Shown here: one piece after another, positions 1 to 12,155 of the stretch
Layout of the letters: every line of letters begins with the position of its first letter
How positions within the stretch are numbered: the first letter of the stretch is position 1
NCBI GenBank assembly: GCA_013239625.1
Contig: MU053881.1
Coordinates: forward strand, 3,536,001-3,600,000
Direction of reading: 5' to 3'
Source of the DNA: Lama guanicoe
Taxonomy: Eukaryota
DNA length: 64,000 bases
Program-made: the position numbers and the translations under genes
The notes under the pieces: generated by a model
The model's database searches: none
Seen by the model: only the letters and a program-made list of their open reading frames with translations
Told to the model about the DNA's origin: nothing

Positions 1-970
1 TTGAAACCTATCCGAGATATTTTAGAATGAGGAGTACAGATGTTCGATTCCCTTCCACACATGACTGACACCTTCCTCCGGGCCTGTGACAACATTTCTA
101 AAAAGCATTTGCCTTCAGAGCTTATAGAGGTTGGCTGTATTACTTGACTTTTGGGAGCCCTGGGTATTTTTACCTTCATGGGTCTTCCTCCTTCTTAATC
201 TTAAAATTGGCATTTGATGACTATATTGGTATAAAGACACATAGATTCATATCCTATGTGAAAACATTTTCTTTGACCTACAAGTTCACTTTTTTTCCCA
301 TCTTATTAAGACATTAAAACATCTTTGTGGGCCCTACCAGTTCTAATGGATAAGTGGGCCTTGCCAAAAGGTGAGGATGAGTAACAAAATGGGACATAGA
401 CTGAAAATGACCCTCCAGCTTAGAAATGCCCCACTATCGGGTGGGGAGAAGCTGTTTTTGAGTTCCCTGAGAGAGCATTTGGGAGAGAGCACTGGGGTGG
501 GAGTCCAGGGGGCTTAAGCTAGTCTCACTTCCTCCAGCAAGCCCAGGGTCAGGTGGAAGTTGCTGACCCATGGAGGACTTCAGACAAGTCCAGTCTGTTG
601 AACGTGTGCCCTGGGGAGATGGGGAAGGGGGCAGTTAGCACTGGCCAGGGTCTCTAAGGAGCAGATCTCTTGCAGGGGGTGTTCTCTGGGGTTCCCCTTC
701 CCACCATCATGAGCGGTTTCTCAAAATACAACTAAATATTTTTAAATGATTTTTTAACCAACCAAAACAGCTCTCATGTAAGAGCCTATGATATTTACAT
801 ATAATAAATGAGCCCTCAGATTTGGAAAGGTTGAAAATCTCAGCTTTAAAGTACTCTGCACTCTACTATTTAATTATGACATTTTACAATGTCGTAAGGC
901 CATGCGAAGGCACTTGGGGAAGGGACCATCTGCTCCTTCTGCAGAACAGACTTCCTAAACCACTCAGTGT

Positions 971-1095
971 AGGGTTGCTGGATTTAGCAAGTGAAAATAC
1001 AGGATGCCCAGTTACGTTTGAGTTTTCAATAAACAATGAATAGTTTTTTTAGAGTCAACATGTCTCAGGCAATATTTGCAATATCTGGCAACCCT
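971..1095. mobile_element. hAT MITE, MER53-like
   Basis: Terminal inverted repeats agggttgc...gcaaccct. Internal aaaatacaggatgcccagtt is typical of MER53. Confidence 0.75.
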
Positions 1096-1294
1096 CTTTG
1101 GATCTAAAGGGGATTTGGGAATGAAGGTCAAAAGGTTGTGGTCATGGACGTGGACGGGGTGAGTCTCAAGACACCTAGAAAGAAAGAATTTAGCAAAAGA
1201 AGAGAAAAAGTTAGATGAGCTGACATTTCCAAAGTCAGCTTGTGAACAGTGTTAACCTGCAGTTGTCAGTGATTCCTCAACTTCTCACACCCAG

Positions 1295-1487
1295 GGAGCC
1301 TTATTAAAACTTTCTGTTGCTAACTCGCGACTATCCAAACGTCAGCCCTCTAATCGACACCCGGCTCTATGACTTCGACGACATCCTCTCAGAGTTTCCG
1401 ATTGGCTTGAGTCAACATGTGATGATAAAGACTTTGTTGACAGACTCCGCATAAGTGGTCCAAGAGTCTAGCCAGAAACAGATTGAG
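1295..1487 (+). pseudogene. Pseudo-exon A: EPY*NFLLLTRDYPNVSPLIDTRLYDFDDILSEFPIGLSQHVMIKTLLTDSA*VVQESSQKQIE
   Basis: Acceptor cttctcacacccag|, donor GAG|gtagcc. 9 CpGs in 193 nt against a CpG-poor background. TAA stops at 1305 and 1452. Confidence 0.7.
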
Positions 1488-2269
1488 GTAGCCTGTGTCA
1501 ACCCACAGTGGGTCTACAGGCAGACCCCACTAGGGACTCATGCTTAAACACTGAAGGTTGCTCTAGGACCTTGGGGGACCCCACTGAGGACCCCAGTTTC
1601 ATACTAGTGCTTGGGGTCATTAATCACATAGAGCACTTAAAATACTATACCTCATATTACCCAGCTCCACGTGTCCTCCATACCTTTGAGCGACAAACTA
1701 ATAAAGCCAAGCTTTCTTTCTTGGAGCTCAACAGAACTGGCCGATCCTTCTGTCCCCACTGTGGGATGCCCCATCAAAGCACACATGTCGTGCTCAGGTC
1801 CCCGAGCAAGGGGAGAGCCTGGCGCTTAAACAAATGCTTGGGCAGGGCCAGAAACTCTGTTAATTAAGTAACAATTATAACCAAGAAATAAGAATTAATT
1901 AGAGAAAAATCTAATGTCAGCATAAATAGCTTTAAACTGCAAAATAATCTTACTCCCAATTTAATTGCTTGTGTAATTAGAGTTAATTGCAGAGTAGAGG
2001 TTTGGTTAACATAATAAAACGTCCTTTGAAAAAAAAAAAACAAAAAACAGTGGTTAGTAGTTAGCCAGAACATTGAAAATAGTTTAGACTTCAGGGAACA
2101 GTGAAAGGCCATGTTGCTGTTGTTTGGCACGTGGGATCTGGTAGCAGACAGACCTCACTACTTGGGTGACCCAAGGCCAAGTCCCCGCGTCCCTGAGTCC
2201 TGCTCTTCTCAGGAGCAAAACCGTAATGAAACCACTTTCTTCTGCAAAAGTGTTTTTGTTTTTCCCTGG

Positions 2270-2330
2270 GAGTTAAATGAGGCCTGATGGGCAAAGTGGA
2301 GGGAGTCTGTAAATGGTGGCTGGGACGAAG
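2270..2330 (+). pseudogene. Pseudo-exon: ELNEA*WAKWRESVNGGWDE
   Basis: Tract tgtttttgtttttccct followed by a mutated acceptor (gg), or by an in-frame AG at 2271-2272. Donor G|gtccct. TGA at 2285, plausibly from CGA. Confidence 0.55.
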
Positions 2331-2472
2331 GTCCCTTCTACTGAAGTTCTCACATCACACCTCATGCTTCTCAAGCTTCCACATCATGGTGGAGGCCAGC
2401 ATGGTCTGAAGCCACTCTGGCATTGTGGCTTGTCCTCTGCCATCTCCTTTTCTTCGCCCATTTCTTCCACTG

Positions 2473-2614
2473 GGTAAATAAGACATTCTGGCGGTGGCTA
2501 TTTTTGTCATCGTGATGTTTTTGATCAGCCCCTCAATTTATTAAAAGCCTCTGCATCGTGGCTTTTCATGGGACGTTCCCAGGAAACTGGATGCCAACCA
2601 CAGAACCAGGAAGG
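2473..2614 (+). pseudogene. Pseudo-exon: G*IRHSGGGYFCHRDVFDQPLNLLKASASWLFMGRSQETGCQPQNQEG
   Basis: Long pyrimidine tract at 2441-2470 ending ccactg (AG>TG inferred). Donor GG|gtgtca. One TAA at 2475, then open. The frame choice is inferred. Confidence 0.55.
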
Positions 2615-2862
2615 GTGTCAATCAGATGAATTTCTTACAGAGCTAATGGGCTGAAAGAAGGATCTGAGAATTCCCCATCACCTGAGGTCCAAGCCAAGGG
2701 GCACCAGCTGGCAGGTAGGCGTGAAGGCCTTCGGTATCCACTGGGCTAGCCAGGTGGGTGGACATCACACTTCTTCCCTCTTTCTCAGCCTCCTTAGATG
2801 GGAGGGGAAAACCATAGGAGGAACGCATCCACATCGCCCCTCCCTCGTCCTCACTCCTCCCC

Positions 2863-3445
2863 TGATTGGTGAGTTTGGGATATCAATCAATCAATGTCTT
2901 GAAGCCAAAGACCACCAGGAATCTGCCTGTAGTTAAACAGCTTGGGTCTGTCACCACGGAGCAAGGAAGACTGCATGCCAGGGGGAAACATGGGGCATCG
3001 GTAAGAGGATGTTACAAAGGACTGATTAAAGGATTTGGGCCTGTGTCAGTTGATTCGTGGGGAGAGTTTAAGAAAGCGTGGTTTTGCTCTGAATTAGATG
3101 TTTCATGCAAGTGGGGCTGATTCTATGATTGCGCACCACAATAAATCTTATCTCTAGCGAGGGGCAGACCAGAATGAAACTAATGCTGTCATGTGTGAGG
3201 AAGCAGCAGCCACTCATGTTAGGAAGGAGACAGGGATGTTGGAATTTTGTGGTTGGGACAATGTTCATGTCTTGTCCTTGTTCAGACATGATTACAGAGG
3301 GGCCTTGTTTTGTTTTGATAGTCACTGCAGTCACAGAGTGGCCTTGTCTGAGAGTGACGTTCTGAGAAACTTTTCACGTTGCACAGGAGAACACTGAGGC
3401 CCAGCTGCGAGTCCGTGGTCAGATCCCAGATGCCAGAGGCTTTTC
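2863..3445 (-). mobile_element. Old ERV LTR (family uncertain)
   Basis: Resembles eutherian ERV LTR consensus (gccaaagaccaccaggaa...gttaaacagcttggg). Boundaries approximate. Confidence 0.5.
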
Positions 3446-3793
3446 TTGCCCAGGGAGAAAAAGCTGGGTGGGTTCTGGGTTCTGCATTTGAGGAATATTA
3501 CCCTCCCCCAGAGAGAGCCCATTCTGACGAACTCTGCACTGTGTGGTGAACTTCACCAGTGCAGCGTTCTGCCCCAGCAAGACCAAGGCCAACACTTTGG
3601 GTGGTTAAGTTTCAATTCAGAGGCAACTTTTTAGTAACACTTTGATGACCTAATATCTAAAACCTTGCTTTTCAATCAGCTTTATCTGTAACAAAGCAGA
3701 TAAATGTTTGTCTCTGCTGCCAGTGCTTCATTTCTCAATTGATTCCAAACTCCAGCAGGAAGAGAAAGGTGTTATGCATTGATTCCCTCTTAG

Positions 3794-3886
3794 AACTCAA
3801 CCATGGCCACCCCAGATCGCCCCGATGGTGGTGCATCCCCCGGAAGGCAGGGCCATCTTGGAGATGTCCATTGGCTGGAGGACAAG
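3794..3886 (+). pseudogene. Pseudo-exon: TQPWPPQIAPMVVHPPEGRAILEMSIGWRT
   Basis: Acceptor ttccctcttag|, donor AG|gcagct (GC), or an in-phase GT at 3896. 93 nt, no stop. Lies in the same frame as track ORF 3825..4031. Confidence 0.55.
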
Positions 3887-3907
3887 GCAGCTTTGGTGCC
3901 ACCCAAT

Positions 3908-4093
3908 GATGCTCAAGGTGTGTGTGGCCTCCAGTCCAGTAGCAGCAACATCTCCTGGGAACTTGTTAGTAAAGCATATTTCCTGGCTCCGCATCAAACC
4001 TCCTGAGTCAGAAATTCTGGGATGGAGCTGAGCCGTTCACACTTAACTGCCCTCCAAGTGATGCTTGCGCATGCTCAAGTTTGAGAACCGCTG
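3908..4093. mobile_element. MER5A-like hAT-Charlie MITE
   Basis: agcagcaacatctcctgggaacttgttag...gagtcagaaattctgggatggag...caagtttgagaaccgctg. Confidence 0.8.
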
Positions 4094-4832
4094 GTACAGA
4101 GGAAAGAACATCACATCAAGAGCCAGAATAGAGGGTTCCAGCCCCACCTCTGCCATCAGTAGCTGTGTGACCTGGGGCAAGTCCCTTCTTTCTGAGAAGC
4201 CTCCATATTTTAGGGCAGAAGAGACTGCAAGGACACGCCAATGAGTAACTCCTGAACCGAGTCAAGTGTCTAAACTTCTGCTCATAAGGAGCGAACAGAT
4301 GAACTGGAATGGGAGCTCTCTGAACGAAGGATCATATTTTATTTATCTTCGTATTCCCAGGACGGAGCCCAGTGCCTGGCTCTCAATAAATGTTGAATGA
4401 TTGAATTGAATGAGCAAAACTGCTTTTGCATTAGGTAGTGGAGAAGAGTGTGGTCCATTATCTCAGCTTCCTGGGGAAGGGTTGTTATTATTCTACAGGA
4501 CAGTCAGCATTCAAAGAAGGCTTCTCCCCCTAAGTTCTGTAGGGGTCATCTTTGTAACTAGCAGAGGGCCAAGCAACTTGCCGCTGTCCACAGGTGTTGG
4601 TAGAAGGAATGCATCCACGTGGTAACATCTGTTAAATGCCAGGCTTCTGTGAATCTCGCTGCGCGAACAGACACATCGATCTCTGGAAGCTGTGGAACAC
4701 TTGAAGCTGCCCCCAACCTGCCTTTAACATGTGGCCCAGTGGAGCCCCCTCCCTACTCCATGGTTGTGGTAGCTGCTTCCTGAGAATAGATATACTTTCT
4801 CCTTCCTCTTCTCTGCCCTGCCTTTTCCCCAG

Positions 4833-4865
4833 GTATCTGGACATTTCTGGTAGTGGCAACAATTG
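4833..4865 (+). pseudogene. Pseudo-exon (33 nt): RYLDISGSGNNW
   Basis: Very strong acceptor ccttcctcttctctgccctgccttttccccag|, donor TG|gtaggg. Confidence 0.6.
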
Positions 4866-5213
4866 GTAGGGCAGAAGAGACCCACCTTCATCAAACAGAC
4901 ACATCGGTCCCAATCCTAGCACTGCAGGCAAAGAAAAACCCAGGCGTGCCTGCCGCCTAAACCACCCCCCCCAACCCTCCTGCCCCAGAGAGCTCTCTCT
5001 AGACTTGCAGGAAGCTTCTAAGAATTCACAGAAGGTCTGATCTAAGTTCTTCCCAGTTTTCCCATATGGCCCCTCACTCAGAGCTCTCATGAGCTTTGAT
5101 GATCTATGACCAGAAGCCTATTTATTGAGTTGAAGACAGAAAGGAAAGCTTTGGGAGGGTTGGAAGGGTCCAGTCCTTATCCTCATGGCAGCCTCCACAC
5201 TCCCTGCACGCGT

Positions 5214-5214
<1 letters not shown>

Positions 5215-5246
<32 letters not shown>
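5215..5246. repeat. (CA)16 microsatellite
   Basis: Read directly. Confidence 0.95.
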
Positions 5247-5248
<2 letters not shown>

Positions 5249-5817
5249 ATTGTGGATCCCTCACCAAACCTGCCTGAGTCCCTGTAATGGAAGACCGTCG
5301 TGGGTCCCTTAATGATTTCTCCTGGAACATGGCTCCATGGTAGGGTCTCCATCCCTGTCCACTTCACCCCACCCCTTCATTCCTGTAGAAAGGAAATAAG
5401 GTTAAGTGTTGGGGAGTCTTTCCATCGGGATGGTCACCCCAAAGGTTAGCCTTGGCCGGTGGCTCTTCCGCCTCACTGTGCTTTGGTGTGTGCTGTTCCT
5501 GTTGCCAGAAATGCTGTTCCCTCTCCTCTTCTCCTTGGCAAAACAGTCTCTCCGGGTGCAGTTCAGACACCGTCTACACCATGACGTCCTCCCCTTCCCG
5601 AGCCCCTCCCTCTGCTTAGGGAATTCATCTGTCTTCCCCTTTATTGCTCTTCATATTTTACGATGTCGCAGGTTATTACCAGACACACTGGCTGAATCTA
5701 GTCTCCGCTTGTATTATATTTGACTTGCACACTGATTTTTTAAAAAAATGGAATGAGCTGGCAAAATGTCAGAGTTCAGAAATTTCAAACACAAATAAAA
5801 CTACATTTGGGTTGCCT

Positions 5818-6013
5818 TTTTATTGGAGTATAGTCGATTTGCAATGTTGTGTTAATTTCTGGTGTGCAGCACAGTGACTAAGTTTTATACACATGTATTC
5901 CTTTTCCTATTCTTTTTCATTATAGGCCATTACTGGGTATTGAATGTAGTTCCCTGTGCTGTACAGCAGGACCTTGGTGTGTCTCTGTTTTATATATACT
6001 AGTTAGTGTCTAC
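5818..6013 (-). mobile_element. L1 3' end inserted into a hAT-Charlie (MER102-like) remnant spanning ~5720-6200
   Basis: ttttattggagtatagtcgatttgcaatgttgtgttaatttctggtgt is the reverse of an L1 3' terminus. Flanks tgggttgccttt and tgggctgccttt look like a TSD. Confidence 0.75.
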
Positions 6014-6592
6014 CATGGGCTGCCTTTGAAAAATCAGAAGATCTGGCCACCCTGGGCTGCTTCACTGCACGGCACGATCAGGTGGCGCCGAGAGCCTGGT
6101 CCCCCTTTCAGATGGGGTACGTGTGCTCTGGCTTGCAAGTCATCTCACTTGGGTTATTTCATCTATGTACAGCAACCCGCCCAGTCCCTCTGGGAGCTGG
6201 GTTAGCAACTTCTGAAATATGATGACCTGTTTACTTGTTTATGTGCCTCCCTTCCACTTCACTAGATTGTTAGCTCCTGGAAGATGGAATAGTGTTTTAT
6301 TTGTGCTTGTAACCCTCCTGGATCTATTACAGTGAGCAATACCTAGTAGACACACACACACACCACACACACGCCCCAGAAGCAAGAATAATCATGTCCT
6401 CATGGACCACATTCTCCAAAAGTGGGTCCTTTCCAGTCATTCTGAATATGTAAACATCACTGTTGTGAGTCTGTAATGAAATACATTAGAGGAAGCAACA
6501 TGAAAGCCAAAGATTTAGGAAACATTTAAAGGATGCTCCAGGAATATTGTCCTTTTAAAAACAAAATATTTATCTAGCTGCCCGTGTTGCAG

Positions 6593-6621
6593 GGATCCAG
6601 GCTCTCAGGGGCATCCTCACG
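6593..6621 (+). pseudogene. Pseudo-exon (29 nt): DPGSQGHPH
   Basis: Acceptor gtgttgcag|, weak donor G|gcagaa. Supplies the phase 2 to phase 1 switch the model needs. Confidence 0.4.
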
Positions 6622-6786
6622 GCAGAATATACCTCTGTCACTCTGTGTGTCTGTTTCTCTGTCTCTCTCTCTGTTTATCTTTCAGATCCACGTAGCTACC
6701 TGCTTACCTGTGTGTGTCCATGTCCATATGTCTCTGACCCTCTCACATTCCCCCGGTCATTTGCCTGACTCTGGGTATCATCTAAG

Positions 6787-6834
6787 GCTATTCACATAGT
6801 GAAGAAGGAAGGTGAAAGACAGTTTATAAGCCAA
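6787..6834 (+). pseudogene. Pseudo-exon (48 nt): GYSHSEEGR*KTVYKP
   Basis: Acceptor ctaag|, consensus donor A|gtgagt. TGA at 6813. The alternative frame AIHIVKKEGERQFISQ is open, so the frame is not certain. Confidence 0.5.
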
Positions 6835-7247
6835 GTGAGTTTTTCATCTTTTTTTTTGGCACGAAAAAGAGAGAGAAAACTAAAAACAACCTTCGCACGC
6901 CTAAACAGAGTCGAGACTATGTGGGGAAAGTCATTTGGGATCTTGGGCACTTGAGGGACAGAATCCAGCACGCCGGCTCGCCTGCCATGCTATTAATGTT
7001 GATGTTTCTTGGTTGTTATTCACTTTCACACCCGCATTTTTTTTTTAAATTACTCACTTTTGCCTGTCTGGATTTGAAGTAATGGGGAGAAAAGGAGACA
7101 GCAGTAGTTGTTAGGTTGTTTTTGTTTTTTGTTTTTTTCAAATCTCAGGAAGTATTTTTATCTTTCTCCTGGAGCCATTTCCTCCCGGGTGTTGTGTGAA
7201 GTGTTACATAATGAAATGATCCTACGATGGCATTTTCCTCTCGTCAG

Positions 7248-7287
7248 CCTTCAGGGGATACAAGACTTCACAAATGAGATGTATTCA
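7248..7287 (+). pseudogene. Pseudo-exon: TFRGYKTSQM(RCIQ)
   Basis: Acceptor ttttcctctcgtcag|. The donor is ambiguous: a mutated AG|atgtat at 7278 or CA|gtgtaa at 7287, both phase 2. Confidence 0.45.
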
Positions 7288-7379
7288 GTGTAACCTTTAA
7301 TCGTCAAAATGGTGTTTTAAATAAGCGAAGGCTCCTAAAAGAGAACAAAGAATAAAGGCTTGCAGGTCTCAGAGGCATA

Positions 7380-8255
7380 TTTTTTTTAATTTCTTTTTTT
7401 TTTTATTGTGGCAAAAAAAACCACATCAACCTAAAATTTACCATCTTAGCCGCTTTGAAGTGTGCTGTCTGGTGATCCCGGGTGCATCAGCATTGCTGTG
7501 CAACTTCACCATCGTGCATCTCCAGAACGCCTTCATCTTGCAAAACTGAAACTCTGTACCCTTTAAACAACGCCTTTCTGTTCCCTCCTCCGCCAGCCCC
7601 CGGGAACTACCATTCTGCTTTCTGCCTCTGTGGTTTTGACTGCTCCAGGTATCTCATCTAAGTGGAATCAGGCAACAGTTGCCTTTTTGTGACTAGCATA
7701 TTTCACTCAGCATCATGTCCTCAGGGTTCATCCGTGCTGGAACATTAGTCAGAATGTCCTCCCCTTTTAAGGCTGGATAATACTCATATGTATTCAGTAT
7801 GTATACATTACTTTTTGCTTGTCCATTCATCTTGGGTCCCTTCCATCTTTTAGCAGTTGTGAATGAGGCTGTTATGTATACATTTACAAATACCTCTTTG
7901 AGTCCCTGCTTTCAGTTCTTCTGGGTATATATACCCAGAAGTGGAATTGCTGGATTGCTTGGTAGTTCTACTTTTAATGTTTTGAGGAACCACCAGACTG
8001 TTTTCCATAATAGCTGTACCGTTTTACATTCCCGCCAGCAGTGCACAAGGGCTCCAATTTCTCCACCAACCTCACCAGCGCTTGTGATTTTCTCTCTCTC
8101 TCTCCTTTTTAATTTTTTTTGATAGCAGACATCCTAAAGGGCGTATTGTGGCTTTGATTTGTGTTTCCCTAATGAGCAGTGATGTTGAGCATCTTTTCAT
8201 GTGCTTATTGGTCATTTGTATGTCTTCTTTGGAGAATGTTGATCCAAGTCTTCTG
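7380..8255 (-). mobile_element. L1 (L1M-type) 3' UTR and ORF2 end
   Basis: atacccagaagtggaattgctggat...ttttgaggaaccaccagactgttttccat...gatgttgagcatcttttcatgtgcttattggtcatttg. Confidence 0.9.
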
Positions 8256-8599
8256 TAAAAGGCATACTTTTTGTGATGAGGTTCCCCTTTTGGGGTCGGA
8301 GGGTCAGAGGGAAAGGAGACGAAGGGGTGCTTGGCAGTGCGCTCTCGTCATGTGCTGGGTACCACACCGGGCTTCAGGAGTGCTGTGATAAGCTCGTTAG
8401 CAGTGAGACAGACAAGGGCATCTAGACGGGGGCATCCTCAGGGCAGGTGACAGAGAACAGTTCAGATGGCATCTCAGGGACCAACACATGAGAATCTCCT
8501 GGATACTGGGGGTCTGCCAAGAAGGGGAGACATGGGGTGTGGACTAGGAGTCCAGAAAAGGGACAAACTCCCTGCAGAGGGTGTTCAGGAGGCGACTGT

Positions 8600-8780
8600 A
8601 ACAGTGGGTAAGAGCAAAGGTTTTCTAGTCCTGCCCTGGACCCCAGCAGCACTGTTTACTAGCTGTGTGACCTTGAGCGAGTCACTTAACCTTTGTAAGC
8701 CTCCATTTATTCATCTATAAAACAGAAATGATCATGCCCACTGTATGGGGTGATTCAGAGAACGAAATGGGATGAAGTCA
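8600..8780 (+). mobile_element. MIR SINE
   Basis: Core tactagctgtgtgaccttgagcgagtcacttaacct...catctataaaa. Confidence 0.8.
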
Positions 8781-9167
8781 GATGAGTAACAGATGCCAGT
8801 GGAGAGGTAGCTTTATCATTGCTTTCCAGAACCCTGGGCCCCTAAGAACAGCATGTTCAGGTCAAACTTCAAGCACTTTTTTCATCCCACGATACCCCAT
8901 GGAAAATGTACAATATCCATGGAGGCAAGCGAACAGCCATTCAGCACAGGCTGGAAGTTTCCCTTGGTGGCATGGCTTTCCTGCATTTTGCTGTTATCAT
9001 TGTGCAGCCCAAGGGGTGCTGAACCCCGGTATATCAGGCTCGAAGGAATCTGAATCAATGTCTCCAATGAAACCAAGCCTAGGGTAAAACACACACTTTC
9101 CAGATCAGCTCTGATGTACCAGGCCCCTGTGCCTGTGATCTCATCATGACCCCTATAAGGTAAGGAA

Positions 9168-9849
9168 GGTGAGGGTGTGGAGAAAAGGGAACCTTTGTTG
9201 GTGGGAATGTAAATTGGGGCAGCCACTGTGGAGAACAGTATGGAGGTTTCTCAAAAAAACCTAAAAACACAACTGCCATATGATCCTGCAATTCCACTCC
9301 TGGATATACACCCAAAAGAATGAAAACACTAATTACAAAAAGATACATGCGCTCCAAGGTTCATAGCATCATTATTTATAATTGCCAAGATATGGAAACA
9401 ACCTAAGTGTCCCTCAACAGATGATTGAATAAAGATGTGGTACAGATTATACAATGGAATATGACTCAGCCATGAAAAATGAAATAATGACACTTGCAGC
9501 AACATGGATAGACTTGGAGGGTGTTATGCAAAGTGAAATAAGTCAGGCAGCGAAAGACAAATACTGTATGTTATCACTTACCTGCAGAATCTAGAAAAAT
9601 ACAACAAACTAGTGAATATAATGAAAAAGGAAGCAGACTCACAGATACAGAGAACAAACTAATGGTGACCATTGGGGAGGAGACAGGGGCAATACAGGGA
9701 TGGAGGAGAAGGAGGCAGAAACTATTGGGTGTAAGACAGGCTGAAGGATGTATTGTACCACAAAGGGAACATAGCCAATATTTTGTTATAACTGTAAATA
9801 GAAAGTAACCTTTAAAAATAGTATAAAATTTTAAAAATTATTTAAAAAA
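9168..9849 (+). mobile_element. L1 ORF2 end plus 3' UTR
   Basis: gttggtgggaatgtaaattgg...gcaattccactcctggatatacaccc...aagtgaaataagtcagg, followed by an A-rich tail. Confidence 0.9.
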
Positions 9850-9882
9850 TGTCTTCCTTCTTTATAAACCTATTTTCCCTGG

Positions 9883-10017
9883 GTCGCCACATTCAGTTGG
9901 AAGAAGCGCCTAGGAGGGATTTGCTGTTTTGCATTTGACGTGGTCCCTGGAGGGCTGCACCTGTGACCCAGTTCAACGACTCTGTCTGCTGAACTGGCCG
10001 CGTACAACTGATGGGAG
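9883..10017 (+). pseudogene. Pseudo-exon: SPHSVGRSA*EGFAVLHLTWSLEGCTCDPVQRLCLLNWPRTTDG
   Basis: tattttccctgg| (AG>GG inferred), donor AG|gtggcg. 135 nt, CpG-retaining. TAG at 9911. Confidence 0.6.
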
Positions 10018-10251
10018 GTGGCGCTTCCTGTTCTGAGTGTCAGGAGCCGAACAGAGCTTGGGGAAGAAATGACTGAGGCTTTCAGATCCCTTTGGGAGTT
10101 GGCAAAGGACACAAGGGTGAGAAAAAGAGTGGAAAGGGGCAAGGGAGGGTAGGGTGTGGGGAAAAGAAGGCATAGTGCTCTGGGGGGTGGGGAAGATCAC
10201 CATATTCCTCAACTCTGCCCTGTCCTCTGTTTATGTTCCATTTCCCTACAG

Positions 10252-10360
10252 CTGCCAGAGGTCCACTGTGCTTGCTGATGGCCGAGGGTCTAAGGGCCGG
10301 GAGAGTAACCCCAATGAGTGATGTGGATCCAGCGATCAAATGTGTCTACTGACTTTCACG
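10252..10360 (+). pseudogene. Pseudo-exon: SCQRSTVLADGRGSKGRESNPNE*CGSSDQMCLLTFT
   Basis: Strong acceptor ttccatttccctacag|, donor ACG|gtgcta. TGA at 10319. Confidence 0.6.
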
Positions 10361-10599
10361 GTGCTACTGCTGATTTCATTGGCACTCAGACACAAACCCT
10401 CGGTGCTGTCACTGCCTTTTCAGTCCATTAAGCTTTCCATCGTACTCTGGATATAGTTTCAGCAGCTTTTTCTTTTTTAATGGTGTCCTCAGTTCTATTC
10501 TTTCAATCTATATTCATTTCATTTGCATATTAAACTCATAAGAATATTTTTAACTTCCATCCAAAAAATGTTCTCTTCAGCTTTTCTCTTTTTTTTATT

Positions 10600-10900
10600 C
10601 TCAATTTTTTTTATTGAAGTGTAGTCGATTTACAATGTTGGTTTCAGGTGTACAGCAAAGTGATTCAGTTATACACATGTGTACATACATTTATATGTTT
10701 TTTCAATTTCTTTTCCATTATGGCTCATTACAAGAATTTGAATATAGTTCCCTGTGCTATACAGGCAGGTCCTATTGTTTATCTATTTTATACATAGTAG
10801 TAATGTGTATCTGTTAATCCCAAACTCCTGATCTCTCCCTCCCCTCCCTGTGCACCCCTGCCCCAGTAACTACCGTTTTCTATCTTTCTGCGTCTATTTC
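10600..10900 (-). mobile_element. L1 3' end
   Basis: ttttattgaagtgtagtcgatttacaatgttg...gtacagcaaagtgattcagttataca. Confidence 0.85.
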
Positions 10901-11714
10901 TCTCCAGCTTTTTGTGAAACACATGACCCTTTTATTCTCAATAGTTTGTTGGTCTCTTCTGAGAGAGGGGTGGGTATAGAGAAATAGTCCTCTTGCAAAA
11001 GCAAAGCCTTGGTGCTGGTGCAAAATGGTCTCTGTGACTTGGGCTCAGGATCCAGGAGACAATGAGGAGTGGCAGGGACTGTGGACACACTCCCCTTCCA
11101 AGGTGACATTTGCCACCCAGCTCCAGCTTGAAGGCTGCCGGGTGGGAATGCCGGCCCCGGGTGGCCAGATCATTTGATTTTTCAAGAGAAACCAGGAATT
11201 CTGATTTTTATGTAAAATCTTCTAATTTTAATTTAATATATTGGAAAAAGATAAGCCACTGTGCGGGCCCAACCAAACACTTCTCAGGGTCACATCTACC
11301 CTATAAACTACTGATGTGTAAATCTCGTGGGCTATGGGATCCCACTGCTTCATCCTGAGATTAACTCTCCCCATTCTACTGAAACATCCCCCTGACCTTG
11401 CAACATCAGCATTTTCCACTACAGAAACCCCCCAAATATTTCACCCTATTTACTGCCTTTTTCTTCATGAAATTCCCTATCTTTCATTCTCTTCCATTTC
11501 CTTAGAATTGACACACAATCACTGGTGCTGGCGACAAGTCAGTGCTTCCCAAACTTGGCCATTTAAGAACCACTATTTGTCTTATGTGTGTACCATCGTA
11601 CTGTTGTTCATGTCATGTTATTCCTTAAAGATGCTCATTTTCTTATTTAAATAAATTTATTCTTATGGAACTTAAGCCATTAGCCCAAACAGAAAAACAG
11701 CATCCCATGTTGTA

Positions 11715-12155
11715 TTTGTCTGAGTCTTACCCCAATATAAACTGCTGTAACCAACCATCCCCAAGCCTCAGGAGCTACACACATAAAAGTTTATTTTTAT
11801 TTGATTTTTGAAAAGTGTTTGTTCATGCAAAATCCAACACAGATGTTCCCGATGAGGCATTTCACCTCCTTCTTATGAAACCAGCATCTCAACACTTGGG
11901 ATCCAAGGTCACCATCAAAGAGAGAGAGAGAGTTCATGGTGATAGCACACCAGCCCCAGAGCCACCCTGATCCCAAAGTGACATATTTCACATCTCCTGG
12001 CATTTCACTCCTGTCAGAACTAATTGCATGGCCCTTCCCAGGTCCAAGGGGGCCGGACGTGTGAAGTCGATGGCGGGGCAGTCCCTCCCCAGCAATGACT
12101 CTACTATGGGAGAGGAGCTCAAATCTAAGTGGTCAGTTAGCCATCTCTGTCACAC
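11715..12155 (-). mobile_element. MaLR (MLT1-type) LTR
   Basis: gctgtaaccaaccatccccaagcctcag...cacataaaagtttatttt...ctctgtcaca. Confidence 0.6.

Noticed and set aside
2474..3886. Alternative frame VNKTFWRWLF...IVAFHGTFPG, with a PARP-like FHGT, and an EGRA motif reminiscent of Hedgehog
   Set aside because: It needs two stops and a non-fitting donor phase. The downstream PARP Tyr/Glu and Hedgehog FDWVYY/HIHCSV motifs are absent, so the similarities are probably chance.
4643..4705. CpG-containing segment after ccag (GFCESRCANRHIDLWKLWNT*)
   Set aside because: Poor pyrimidine tract, no donor, and not needed in the exon chain.
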